Source: Bacteroidota bacterium (GTDB lineage Bacteria; Bacteroidota; Rhodothermia; Rhodothermales; UBA10348). Taken from it: DNA of 64,000 nucleotides. The notes under the pieces are model-generated. The model saw nothing but the letters and a program-made list of their open reading frames with translations, was not told the origin of the DNA and ran no database searches. Made by a program: the position numbers and the translations under genes. The stretch spans positions 4,784 through 68,783 of the forward strand of contig JAJCYP010000076.1 in NCBI GenBank assembly GCA_029262855.1, in the 5' to 3' direction. This document shows positions 29,111 to 39,284 of the stretch, piece after piece. How positions within the stretch are numbered: position 1 is the first letter of the stretch; the number at the start of each line of letters is the position of its first letter.

Positions 29111-29563
29111 ATGGTGAAGCACTCTCGACTCCGACATTCCGCCCTCACGAGCCTGGCGCTGGCTGTGCTCATGCTCGTGGCGCCGATTGGCCCGCATGCG
29201 AGCGGACTGGTCCTCTGTCTGGAGAGTGACGGGTCGATCGCCCTGGAATTCCTGGCGGGCCTGGACTGCGCCGGCGAAGAGGATCACGATCCCCACGAGA
29301 GTCCGACCGTCCATGCATCGTCGGAGAGTGACTCGCATTGCCAGTCCTGCGTGGACGTGGCAATCGGTCTTTCGGCTGATCTGGACTGCTCCTCCTACAC
29401 CCTGACGGTCGCTCTGGATGGCCCACAGGTTGCCGTAGTAGAGACCCCGGCCTCGGAGTCGCGCCCCGCACCTCCGGGTGTTCTGAGTTCTAAAGACCGC
29501 GCACAGGATGTGTCCGTCGTCAATGCCGGACTGGCACCGGCCAGCTTGATTCTCAGGGTCTAG
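29111..29563 (+). CDS. hypothetical His/Cys/Asp-rich exported protein upstream of efflux system 2
   Basis: Signal-like N-terminus, then HDPHES...HCQSC. Confidence 0.3.
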   Translation: MVKHSRLRHSALTSLALAVLMLVAPIGPHASGLVLCLESDGSIALEFLAGLDCAGEEDHDPHESPTVHASSESDSHCQSCVDVAIGLSADLDCSSYTLTVALDGPQVAVVETPASESRPAPPGVLSSKDRAQDVSVVNAGLAPASLILRV

Positions 29564-29792
29564 TCGACCCGGCAGACTGACCTCTGGCGAGGCGTTCTTC
29601 GCCCGACCATGGAGGTCCCCCCAAGCCGGCAATCAAGTCCCGGGCCTGAGGTCTGCCCAAGCGGGAATCTCCTGAGTACGCCCACGGCCCCGAGGTCCGT
29701 TGTGCGCGGCCAGCGCCGCTTGGTACGGCGCCGGCCCTATTCCAATACGTGGCACCGAACCAGTCTGGCGGCGTCACCGAACTCCCTACACC

Positions 29793-32700
29793 ATGTTCGA
29801 ACGAATCATAGCGTTCTCACTGCGACAACGGCTCCTGGTTCTTATGGGGACCTTTGGCCTTGTAGTGGGCGGCGTGCTCGCCTTCTGGCAGTTGCCTATT
29901 GACGCCGTCCCTGACGTCACAAATAATCAGGTCCAAGTGCTGACGCAGGCGCCCGCCCTGTCGCCTCTGGAGGTAGAGCAGTTGGTTACTCGGCCTATCG
30001 AGCTCGCCCTGAAGTCACTGCCCGACGTCGTCGAGCTGCGCTCACTGTCCAGGTCCGGGATTTCCGTGATAACGGTGGTCTTTGAGGAAAGCGTCGAGAC
30101 CTACTTCGGAAGACAGCTCATCCTGGAACGCCTGCGTGAGGTCGACAGCGACCTGCCCGGCGGAGTCGAGACGCCTCAACTGGGACCGGTATCCACCGGC
30201 CTCGGGGAAATTTTCCGATATGTCGTGCGGGATGAATCCGGAGTCTACTCCGCGATGGAGCTCCGCACGATTCAGGACTGGATCATTCGGCGCAATCTCC
30301 TGGGTGTCCCCGGTCTCGCAGAGGTCAACTCGATTGGGGGATACCTCAAACAGTACCAGATCCTCGTAGATCCGGCGAAGCTCGTTGAGTACGGCCTGAC
30401 GCTCCGCGAGGTATTCCAGGCCGCCTCTGAAGCGAGCGGGACCGGTGGCGGTGGCTACATAGAACGGGGTCCGGAGCAGCTGACCGTCCGGTCTGTGGGG
30501 CTTGTCCAAAGCATAGACCAACTGGGGCGAACGGTAATCCGGTCCGTCGATGGGACGCCTGTAGTCCTGGCTGATGTGGCCGAAGTGGCGATTGGTCCGG
30601 CGCTGCGTTTTGGTGCGGCCACCGAGGACGGACAGGGAGAAGTGGTCACCGGAATCGCGATGCAGCTGAAGGGTGCAAACGCACGTGTGGTCGTGTCAGC
30701 CGTGAAGGATCGCGTCGCCGAGATCCAGGAAATGCTCCCCGAGGGTGTGTACATCGAACCCTATTACGACCGGACGGAACTGGTGGGGCGGACCATATTC
30801 ACCGTCGGCAAGAATCTCGGGGAAGGTGCCATTCTGGTCATTCTGGTCCTCCTGCTTCTACTGGCGCATCTCCGGTCCGGCCTCATTCTGGCCAGTGTGA
30901 TTCCACTGGCCATGCTCTTTGCGGTCATCATGATGGTCCTGACCGGCCAGACCGGCAACCTGATGAGCCTGGGGGCAATCGATTTTGGATTGGTGGTCGA
31001 TGGCTCGCTCATCATCGTCGAAAGTGTGCTGAGGCTCCTGTCGAGCCGCCAGAAGGAAGGCACGTCGTTGATGGATGACCGGGGAATGAAGCAGCTGGTC
31101 TACTCAGGCGCCGTGGAAATGGTGAGCGCGGCCAAGTTCGGCGTGTTCATCATCATCATTGTCTATCTCCCCATCATCTCGCTCGAGGGAATTGAGGGCA
31201 AGCTGTTCAGGCCCATGGCGCTGACGGTGAGCTTTGCGCTCATCGGCGCATTGCTCCTCTCGGTGACGTACGTCCCGGCGATGTGCTCGCTGTTTCTACA
31301 GGGCCGCAAGCCGGTTCGTCACTCCCCCATCATCGAGTGGATCGGCAGGGTGTATCGGCCGCTGTTGAGCCGGGCCCTCCAGCACGGGAAGCCGCTGGTG
31401 GGAGCGACGTTGGCAGTCTTGGCGCTCTCGATATTTGGATTTACACGGCTCGGGGGCGAGTTCATTCCGAAGCTGGACGAGGGGGACCTGTCCATCCAGA
31501 TCATCCGTCTTCCCTCGGTTTCGCTGACCGAATCCCTCAAGATCACCGGCGAAGTGGAACGGCGAATCGCAGCGTTTGCTGAGGTCAAGACCATGGTATC
31601 GAACACGGGCCGGGCCGAAGTGTCCACGGACCCGATGGGTGTCGAGGTGTCGGATGCCTACGTGATTCTCAACCCGATGGATGAGTGGCCCCTGATCGAT
31701 GGGCGCCGTCGATCCAAGGCCGAGCTGGTTGAGGCCATGAGCCACGCGGCCGAGGAGGTAGCGGGCGCGGGATTCCAGTTCCTCCAGCCCATCGAAATGC
31801 GCACGAATGAGCTGATAGCCGGAGTCCGCGGAGACCTGGCTCTGAAGATATATGGGGAATCCTACGACGTCATGAATCCCCTGGCCGAACAGATCGCGGG
31901 AATCCTGCGCCAGACCCGCGGCGCGGCCGACGTGACGGTGGAACAAACGAGCGGCTTCCCCCAGCTCGTAATAATCCCGGATCGCGAGGCCATGGCCCGC
32001 TATGGACTCAGGTCGGCAGACATTAACACGCTGATCGAGACTGCGGTGGGGGGGAAGAAAGCTGGAGAAATCTACGAGGGCGAGCGGCGGTTTGATCTGG
32101 TAGTCCGCTTTGGAGACCAGGTGCGGGAGGACGTGAGCGCGCTCCGTAAGACTCTGGTGCCGGTCTCCAGCGGGGCCCGGGTACCCCTGGAAACCTTGGC
32201 CGCCATTCGGGTGGAAGAGGGGCCGGCTCAGATATCTCGAGACGAGGGCTCGAGGTACGTCACCGTTCAGGCAAACATCCGGGGACGGGATGTGGCCTCC
32301 TTCGTGGCGGATGTCCAGGAGACGGTCGGGACCGACCTGAGTTTCCCGCCCGGCTACAGGCTGGAGTACGGCGGTCAGTTCGAGAACCTCAGGGCCGCCA
32401 CGCGGCGTCTGTCTGTGGTCGTGCCGCTCGCCTTGCTCCTGATATTCCTGCTGCTGTTCCAGACGTTCGGATCCGTGAGAATCGGTGTCTTGATCTTCCT
32501 GGCCGTTCCCATGGCGGTGATTGGCGGAGTTGCCGGGCTGTTCCTGACCGGCCTTCCGTTCTCCATCTCCGCTGGAGTTGGATTCATCGCCCTCTTCGGA
32601 ATTGCGGTCCTGAACGGGATCGTGATGGTGGCAGCCTTCCGGAAGTTTGAGCGAGAGGGTATGGACCGGCTATCCGCGGTCGTCGCCGGTTCGGACGAAC

Positions 32701-34214
32701 GACTTCGTCCCGTCATTACGACGGCAACCCTGGCCGCGTTGGGCTTTGTCCCGATGCTTCTGGCGCAGAGTGCCGGTGCGGAAGTGCAGCGCCCCCTGGC
32801 CACCGTGGTCATCGGCGGCATCGTAACCTCGACCTTGCTGACCCTCTTCATCCTCCCCATTGTCTATGCCTGGTTTGGTGGTCCCGCACTGTCCGGACCG
32901 GGGTCCACCGAGCCCGAGCAGTTCACACCGGTCTCGAGCGGAAGGACATCCGCCGGTCCGGTGGCCTTGGGTGCCCTTCTGTTCCTGGGACTGTGCGTCC
33001 CCTCCGGCTCCGCCTTGGCCCAACAGGGGGCTGATGACGCCATTTCCCTTGAGGAGGCTCGAACGAGAGCCGTGGAGGTCTCTCCACCGCTGTCCATCGG
33101 TACGGCGAGGCTCGACAGGGCGCGTGCGCAAACCCGGTCGGCGGGAATGCTACCGGATACGGAGGCGTTCTACGTGGTTGACGGGGAACGGCTGGATGGA
33201 GTCAGCACCGCGCGCGAGACCGCGATTGGGGCGGGGCAGGAATTCCCCCTCTTCAGCATGGCCGCCGGCAAGCGGGCTGCCTCTCGCCGGGCATCTCTTG
33301 CCGAGATCGAACTCCTTGGCCTACGCCGGGCGGTCCTGCTGGAGGTCGAACTCGCGTACGTCCGCCTCCAAGCCGCACAGTCACAGCTTGCTCTGGCGGA
33401 TTCTGCGGTTTCCATCGCCCAGACGTTCTGGGAGTCAGCCGCGCGCCGCCGAGAACTCGGCGATACGGGTCCGCTGGAGGCGCTTCAAGCGCGCGTGGCG
33501 TATTCGGAATCCGTTCGGGCGAGAGCTGCAGCCGCGGGAGATCACCTTGCCGCTCGTTCCGGGCTCGCCTTGTTGTTGCAGATGGACCCCGGCCGCGGTC
33601 TCGTGGCTGAGGACCCGCTGGGACATTTGGGTCCCCTCCAACCACGGGAGGGGCGTTTGGACCTGGCAGCGCGAGCCAGCCCGGAGGTGGCCGCACGCCA
33701 GGCCGCGGTCGCGGTAGCCGAGGCCCAGTCGAGGATTGTCCGGACCGGGCGCCTTCCCAGCCCGCGACTCGAGCTATCCAGCCAGACCCGAGACGGCGGC
33801 TCGGGATACTTCGGTGCCGGGATCGGACTGACCCTGCCCCTGGGTCGCTGGTTCAACCGTGGTCCCGAACGCGCCGCGGCAGCCGGAATCGCCCTCGCCC
33901 AGGCCGAGCTGGGACAGGCCCGGCTGGAGGTCCAAACCCGGCTGGCCGCTCTACTGGCCCGCTACGAGGCCAGCCGGCGCGAGGGACGGGAGTACGACGA
34001 GACCATCCTGCCCCAGGCCCGGGAGGCCTACCGGATTGCGCTCCGCCTTCGGGCGCTGGGAGATGCCTCCTACCTGGAAGTCCTGAGTGCGCAGACCGTC
34101 CTGATAGCCTCGGAGCGCGCCGCCACAGAATCCCATCTACTGACGGCCACCCTCCGTGCCCAAATCACTGCACTCGAAGGCCTGGAGGCCGATGAGTGGC
34201 ACACCACTCGCTAA
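29793..34214 (+). CDS. CusA/CzcA-type RND pump fused in frame to a complete TolC/CzcC-type outer membrane factor (single 1474-codon CDS; stop codon lost or genuine fusion)
   Basis: The RND part starts at MFERIIAFSL and ends ...LPIVYAWFGG. The frame then continues with no stop through a signal-peptide-like segment PVALGALLFLGLCVPSGSALAQQ and a full OMF domain (ISLEEARTRAVEVSPPL... to the end). The ORF-track frame 29700..34214 is one ORF. Confidence 0.75.
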   Translation: MFERIIAFSLRQRLLVLMGTFGLVVGGVLAFWQLPIDAVPDVTNNQVQVLTQAPALSPLEVEQLVTRPIELALKSLPDVVELRSLSRSGISVITVVFEESVETYFGRQLILERLREVDSDLPGGVETPQLGPVSTGLGEIFRYVVRDESGVYSAMELRTIQDWIIRRNLLGVPGLAEVNSIGGYLKQYQILVDPAKLVEYGLTLREVFQAASEASGTGGGGYIERGPEQLTVRSVGLVQSIDQLGRTVIRSVDGTPVVLADVAEVAIGPALRFGAATEDGQGEVVTGIAMQLKGANARVVVSAVKDRVAEIQEMLPEGVYIEPYYDRTELVGRTIFTVGKNLGEGAILVILVLLLLLAHLRSGLILASVIPLAMLFAVIMMVLTGQTGNLMSLGAIDFGLVVDGSLIIVESVLRLLSSRQKEGTSLMDDRGMKQLVYSGAVEMVSAAKFGVFIIIIVYLPIISLEGIEGKLFRPMALTVSFALIGALLLSVTYVPAMCSLFLQGRKPVRHSPIIEWIGRVYRPLLSRALQHGKPLVGATLAVLALSIFGFTRLGGEFIPKLDEGDLSIQIIRLPSVSLTESLKITGEVERRIAAFAEVKTMVSNTGRAEVSTDPMGVEVSDAYVILNPMDEWPLIDGRRRSKAELVEAMSHAAEEVAGAGFQFLQPIEMRTNELIAGVRGDLALKIYGESYDVMNPLAEQIAGILRQTRGAADVTVEQTSGFPQLVIIPDREAMARYGLRSADINTLIETAVGGKKAGEIYEGERRFDLVVRFGDQVREDVSALRKTLVPVSSGARVPLETLAAIRVEEGPAQISRDEGSRYVTVQANIRGRDVASFVADVQETVGTDLSFPPGYRLEYGGQFENLRAATRRLSVVVPLALLLIFLLLFQTFGSVRIGVLIFLAVPMAVIGGVAGLFLTGLPFSISAGVGFIALFGIAVLNGIVMVAAFRKFEREGMDRLSAVVAGSDERLRPVITTATLAALGFVPMLLAQSAGAEVQRPLATVVIGGIVTSTLLTLFILPIVYAWFGGPALSGPGSTEPEQFTPVSSGRTSAGPVALGALLFLGLCVPSGSALAQQGADDAISLEEARTRAVEVSPPLSIGTARLDRARAQTRSAGMLPDTEAFYVVDGERLDGVSTARETAIGAGQEFPLFSMAAGKRAASRRASLAEIELLGLRRAVLLEVELAYVRLQAAQSQLALADSAVSIAQTFWESAARRRELGDTGPLEALQARVAYSESVRARAAAAGDHLAARSGLALLLQMDPGRGLVAEDPLGHLGPLQPREGRLDLAARASPEVAARQAAVAVAEAQSRIVRTGRLPSPRLELSSQTRDGGSGYFGAGIGLTLPLGRWFNRGPERAAAAGIALAQAELGQARLEVQTRLAALLARYEASRREGREYDETILPQAREAYRIALRLRALGDASYLEVLSAQTVLIASERAATESHLLTATLRAQITALEGLEADEWHTTR

Positions 34215-34269
34215 GATGACATCACGATCAAACGCAGACCGCCTCCTCCCACTGAGACCCCTGAATCCG

Positions 34270-35445
34270 ATGAACCGTTCAACATTCGTCCTGGCCTCAA
34301 TGCTTGCCCTGGGGGCCCTGCTTTGGACTGGCTGTGGCTCCAACGCCGGCATGAGTCCCCAAGCGTCCGAGGCGCAGACGGAAGCGGAGGCGGAGACTCA
34401 CGATTCCGAGGAGATAGTTCTAACCGCCGAACATATGGAGCAGGCGCAACTTGAGACCGCTACGGTCAGCCCGACCGTCTTGCGAAGTTCATTCACCGTT
34501 CCGGGTCGCGTTGTATCCTCGCTTCAGGGGTCGGCCCACGTGGGGGTCTTGGTTTCGGGCCGCGTGGTTTCCCTCATGGTAGACGAAGGTGCCACGGTTC
34601 GACGGGGTCAGGCCCTGGCCGGGGTGGAGAGCTTCGAAGTCGTCCGGCTCAAGGCGGAGTACCACGAGGCCCATGCCAGGCTGGAGCAGGCCGCCTCCGC
34701 CCTTGATCGAGAGACGCAGCTTGTCGCCGAAAAGCTTGCCCCGGAGAGGGAACTGGAGGAAGCAGCCAGCGCCCAGCATACCGCGGAAGCGGTGGTACAC
34801 GCTGCCGCTTCGAAACTGTCCGCTCTGGGAGTCCTACCCGAGTCCATTGCCGAGAACACCGAACTGGAGGGCGGGAGGATGACCGTACGTGCCCCCATCT
34901 CCGGAACGGTTACTGCGCGGCTGGTGAAGCTTGGCGAGTTCGTCGAGCCGAGCGATGACCTTTTCCAGATCGCTGCCGAGGCATCAACCCTGATCGAGGC
35001 TCAGGTACCTGCCGCCAGCGTCGACCTCCTCCGCATCGGATCGGTGGGCACGGTCGTGACCGCTAATCAAACCATCTTACAAGCGCGCGTAGTCTCGGTG
35101 GCCCCCATCGTTTCCAGCGAGAGCCGGACCGTCGAGGTCCGATTGGAACTCTCTCAGGGGAGCCTGCGCCCGGAGACATTCGTCGAAGTGCGATTTGAGA
35201 CCGTGGGTGAGCGGGAGGCCCTTGTCCTCCCGGCCTCCGCCGTGGACAGGGAGGGCTCATCGGCGTACGTGTACGTTCAGGAGTCGCCGGGGCGATTTCG
35301 ACTGGCAGAAATCCGCATCGCTGCCGAGACGGATGGATTCGTCGAGGTTTCGGCCGGCCTCGAGGCCGGGCAGGCGGTGGCGGTGTCGGGGGTGTTCTAT
35401 CTCCGCTCAGCCCGACAGAAGGGGGAACTGGCTGACCATGATTAA
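34270..35445 (+). CDS. RND periplasmic adaptor (CzcB/CusB family) lipoprotein, system 2
   Basis: MNRSTFVLASMLALGALLWTGCGS lipoprotein signal. MFP domains. Confidence 0.75.
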   Translation: MNRSTFVLASMLALGALLWTGCGSNAGMSPQASEAQTEAEAETHDSEEIVLTAEHMEQAQLETATVSPTVLRSSFTVPGRVVSSLQGSAHVGVLVSGRVVSLMVDEGATVRRGQALAGVESFEVVRLKAEYHEAHARLEQAASALDRETQLVAEKLAPERELEEAASAQHTAEAVVHAAASKLSALGVLPESIAENTELEGGRMTVRAPISGTVTARLVKLGEFVEPSDDLFQIAAEASTLIEAQVPAASVDLLRIGSVGTVVTANQTILQARVVSVAPIVSSESRTVEVRLELSQGSLRPETFVEVRFETVGEREALVLPASAVDREGSSAYVYVQESPGRFRLAEIRIAAETDGFVEVSAGLEAGQAVAVSGVFYLRSARQKGELADHD

Positions 35446-35668
35446 TCCACCGCCCGGTGGCCCACCCCAATCACGAAGGCCACCCCTATGGTGCCGAACG
35501 CGATCCGATTCGAAGGCGAAATGGCGCGCCGTGCACTTCTGAGTCCCAAGGCGAGACCCGCCGTGGCCCGTATGCCCCGATTTGGCTCGAAAAGCCCTTC
35601 ATTTCTCGTTGGCACGCAAGTGGTGTAGGGTGTTCGAAACGTCTGACCGACCACAACCTACTAGCACA

Positions 35669-35995
35669 ATGCGAGCAATTCTCCTCCTCTTGTTCCTCGG
35701 CACATCACTGACGGCCTGCGATTCTGGGGCACTGACCGATAGCCTCGACACCGAAACGGCAGCTCTCCGTTCCAGCGAAACCAGCGTTCTCGTTCAATCG
35801 GGCGACGTTGCGTCCAAGGGTGGCGAGAAGTTTACCATCTGCCACGTTCCTCCCGGCAATCCCCCCAACGCCCATTTCATCTCTGTCGGTAGCCGCAACG
35901 CCGTAGACATGCACGTCGAAAACCACGCCGGAGATTTTGAGTTAACACCCGGAATGATGATGACCTGTCCAATGATGCCGGGCGGTGGCGACTGA
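35669..35995 (+). CDS. small Met/His-rich lipoprotein (putative Cu(I)-binding)
   Basis: MRAILLLLFLGTSLTAC lipobox. C-terminal MMMTCPMMPGGG, HVENHAGD. Confidence 0.45.
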   Translation: MRAILLLLFLGTSLTACDSGALTDSLDTETAALRSSETSVLVQSGDVASKGGEKFTICHVPPGNPPNAHFISVGSRNAVDMHVENHAGDFELTPGMMMTCPMMPGGGD

Positions 35996-36018
35996 TTCTC
36001 GCCCTAAACGGATGGAGA

Positions 36019-36055
36019 AGAGAGGACGTCCGAATGTGGCGTCCTCTCTTTTTTG
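36019..36055 (+). terminator. rho-independent terminator (10-bp stem AGAGAGGACG/CGTCCTCTCT + T6)
   Basis: Read directly. Lies between convergent genes. Confidence 0.65.
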
Positions 36056-36163
36056 CCAGGCGGCATCCAACGGCCACGGCGATGGAGCCACATGATCCCT
36101 TCCAGCGGGCGCGGGCCTTGGATATGGCGGCAGAGTCCCTGAGGGCTGCCGACCTCGACGTGA

Positions 36164-39100
36164 CTACGAAGCGCTCCCCGCCAACTCCCCGACGCGAGGT
36201 CCGAATCGCAGATAGAGCGCAGGTACGACGACCATGTTCAGGAAAGTGGACGTGAGGAGGCCACAGAGAATGACAATGGCCATGGGTGTCTGGAGCTCCT
36301 TGCCGGGTTCGCCCCCACCCAACGCCAGCGGGATCAGCGCGAGCCCCGCGGTCAGGGCAGTCATGAGAATAGGGTTGAGGCGTTCCATGGAGCCGTGAAA
36401 GACGGCATCGGCCAGCGTGTGGCCCGCCTTCACCAGGTAGGTATAGTGGCTGACCAACAAGATCCCGTTCCGGACGGCCACGCCAAACAGGGTGATGAAT
36501 CCCACGAGGGCGGCCACGTTCAGTTCGCCATTCAGGAACAGGAAGACACCGATCAAACCGCCCGTCAGGGCCAACGGCAGGTTGACCATGATGAGGAGGG
36601 CCGACCTGGCGCTGCCGAACTCCTTGAAGAGGACCAGGAATATCAGGAAAATGGACAGGATCGAAAGAAGGGCGATGGTCCGGGTGGCTGCCCTGGCACT
36701 TTCGAATTGCCCGCCGTATTCGATGCTGTACCCCTGCGGGACGCTCACGCCGGCCTCTATGGCCGTCTTCATGTCCGCCACCACGCTCCCGACGTCCCGA
36801 CCCGCCACGTTTGATGAGATGACGATCTTCCGCTGGACCTTCTCCCGGCTGATTGTATTCGGGCCGCGTTCTTCCCGAACGAGGGCGAGGGATGACAGGG
36901 GGACCATCGGTCCGAGCGGCGTGGATATCAGGGCGCTCTGAACCCGCTCTTTGCTCCCTCGGTCGCCCACGGCAAACCGAACTACCAGGTCATACTTGGC
37001 CTGTCCCTCCCGGATTTCCGATACCGTCTCGCCAGCGAAGGCAATATCGATGGACTCCGCGAGATGTCCGGGAGTCACTCCATACGCGGACATCGCCCGT
37101 CGGTCAGGGTAGACGCGCAGTTGGGGCACGTCTGCCTGCTGCTCAACGGACAGATCCACGACCCCGGGCACTCCCTCGATGGACCCTCGAATACTCTCAG
37201 CGACGCGCCGGAGTTCATAGAGGTCAGGTCCAAACAGCTTTATGGCAATCGAGGCCCGCGTGCCCGAGAGCATGTGATCGATTCGGTGCCCGATGGGCTG
37301 GCCGATGGTAATGTTGGTGCCGGGCACGAGGGTCAGCCTGGCGCGCAGTGATTCGAGCACCTCATCCAGCTCGTGCCCGGCAAGGTCCAATCGCACGTCA
37401 ATTTCCGCAGCATTGGCTCCCTGGGCATGCTCGTCCAGTTCGGCTCGTCCCGTCCGACGCGACGTTCCAACTACAGCCGGGTGGGCGAGCACGATGCGCT
37501 CGACCTGCCGGCCCATTTCGTCGGAAACATCCAGTGCTGTCCCGGGCACGGTTACGGCTGAGATGACGAGCGTCCCTTCCTGAAACTCGGGCAGGAACCC
37601 GCGGCCGAGAAATGGAAACGCCAGGGTGGTCAACACCAGGAGCAGCGCTGCCGAGACGACAACGGCTCCTGTATGGCGCAGGACGAACGCGAGCGTGCCC
37701 CCGTACCCACGCTTGAGGCGCGTAACCAGCCAGCTGTCGCGCTCGTCGGTCATGAAGCGAGCCTTGGGGAGCAGATAGTAGCAGAGGACCGGCGTAACCG
37801 TGACGGCAACGACCAGGGAGGCGACAATCGAAACGATGTAGGCAAAGCCGAGCGGCCTCAGCATTCGGCCCTCCACTCCCGAGAGAAAGAAGAGGGGCAG
37901 AAATACAATGGTGATAATGATCGTCGCATTCAGGATTGGCCCACGAACCTCCTTTGACGCCTCGTAGACCACCGTCAATCCAGGCAGCCGATCCCGTTCT
38001 GGTCGCATCCGGTTTTCCTTCAGTCGCCGGAAGACGTTCTCTACATCGATGATGGCATCATCCACCAGCGCGCCGATGGCAATCGCCATGCCCCCGAGCG
38101 TCATCGTGTTGATCGTGACCCCAAGGGCCTTCATCGCGAGCACCGCAACGGCCAGGGACAGGGGAATCGCAATCACCGAGATTCCCGTGGTCCGGAAATT
38201 CCACAGGAACAGAAAGAGAATCAGCACTACGAGGATCGCCCCATCGCGCAGGGCCTCCACCACGTTTGATACGGCCAGCGTGATGAAGCTCGATTGGCGA
38301 AAGATTCCCCGATCAATCACCATCCCCTCGGGCAGTTGTGCTCCAATCGCGTCGAGTTCCGCGTCGATTCGCTCCGTGAGTTCCAGTGTGTTCGCACCGG
38401 GCTGTTTCTGGATAGACAGGACCACCGCAGGCTCACCGTTGAGGGATGCGGTGCCAAATCGGGGGGCCGGGCCAATGGCGACATCGGCAACGTCCCTCAG
38501 GAGTATGGGCACACCGCTCCTGGTGGCGACGACCGTTTGGGCCACATCCTCGACCGACCGCGCTCGGCCCAGGCCTCTGATGAGTATCTCCTTGCCGCTC
38601 TCGTGGTAAATCCCGCCTGAAGCGTTCGCGTTCGATGCCGCGGAAGCTTCCACAACCTCAATAAGGCTCACACCGTACGTCCGCAGCTTCGACGGATGTA
38701 CGCTGACCTGGTACTGCTTGACCTGCCCGCCAATCGGGACGACCTGGGAGACACCCTCAACCGAAAGCAGCCGTTTGCGAACGAGCCAATCGGCCTCGGA
38801 GCGAACCTCCATCAGGGAGTGCTCGCTGCTGGTCATGCCGATCAGAATGATCTCGCCCATGATGGACGTTATCGGAGCCATGACGGGGGGGTCGAGATCG
38901 TCCGGAAGCTGGGTCGTGACCAATTGGAGCTTCTCGGACACGATCTGGCGTGCCCGGAAGATGTCTGTCCCCCAATCGAATTCGACCCAGACAATGGAAA
39001 TCCCCTGAGCAGTGGATGAGCGAACCCTGCGAACCCCGGAGGCTCCGTTGACGGCCGTCTCGATGGGGTAGGTGACGAGAGACTCCACCTCCTCAGGGGC

Positions 39101-39268
39101 CATGCCGTGGGCTTCGGTAAGCACCGTGACCGTCGGTGCCGTCAGGTCGGGAAAGACGTCCACCGGGAGCGTGGCGGCCGCCCAGACACCGGCCGCCATG
39201 AGAACGGCAGCAGCGGCAAGCGCCACGACCCTGTTGGACAGGGACCATTGTATGATTCGATCGAGCAT
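36164..39268 (-). CDS. heavy-metal efflux RND transporter (CusA/CzcA family), system 3
   Basis: 1034 aa, HME-RND topology. N-terminus MLDRIIQWSLSNRVVALAA. Confidence 0.9.
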   Translation of the reverse strand: MLDRIIQWSLSNRVVALAAAAVLMAAGVWAAATLPVDVFPDLTAPTVTVLTEAHGMAPEEVESLVTYPIETAVNGASGVRRVRSSTAQGISIVWVEFDWGTDIFRARQIVSEKLQLVTTQLPDDLDPPVMAPITSIMGEIILIGMTSSEHSLMEVRSEADWLVRKRLLSVEGVSQVVPIGGQVKQYQVSVHPSKLRTYGVSLIEVVEASAASNANASGGIYHESGKEILIRGLGRARSVEDVAQTVVATRSGVPILLRDVADVAIGPAPRFGTASLNGEPAVVLSIQKQPGANTLELTERIDAELDAIGAQLPEGMVIDRGIFRQSSFITLAVSNVVEALRDGAILVVLILFLFLWNFRTTGISVIAIPLSLAVAVLAMKALGVTINTMTLGGMAIAIGALVDDAIIDVENVFRRLKENRMRPERDRLPGLTVVYEASKEVRGPILNATIIITIVFLPLFFLSGVEGRMLRPLGFAYIVSIVASLVVAVTVTPVLCYYLLPKARFMTDERDSWLVTRLKRGYGGTLAFVLRHTGAVVVSAALLLVLTTLAFPFLGRGFLPEFQEGTLVISAVTVPGTALDVSDEMGRQVERIVLAHPAVVGTSRRTGRAELDEHAQGANAAEIDVRLDLAGHELDEVLESLRARLTLVPGTNITIGQPIGHRIDHMLSGTRASIAIKLFGPDLYELRRVAESIRGSIEGVPGVVDLSVEQQADVPQLRVYPDRRAMSAYGVTPGHLAESIDIAFAGETVSEIREGQAKYDLVVRFAVGDRGSKERVQSALISTPLGPMVPLSSLALVREERGPNTISREKVQRKIVISSNVAGRDVGSVVADMKTAIEAGVSVPQGYSIEYGGQFESARAATRTIALLSILSIFLIFLVLFKEFGSARSALLIMVNLPLALTGGLIGVFLFLNGELNVAALVGFITLFGVAVRNGILLVSHYTYLVKAGHTLADAVFHGSMERLNPILMTALTAGLALIPLALGGGEPGKELQTPMAIVILCGLLTSTFLNMVVVPALYLRFGPRVGELAGSAS

Positions 39269-39284
39269 TTTCGGGGGTCCGGAT

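Noticed and set aside
29700-29792. N-terminal 31-codon extension (MCAASAAWYG...) of the 1504-aa ORF
   Set aside because: The RND N-terminus aligns from MFERIIAFSL at 29793. The extension is Arg/Pro-rich with no membrane-protein character.
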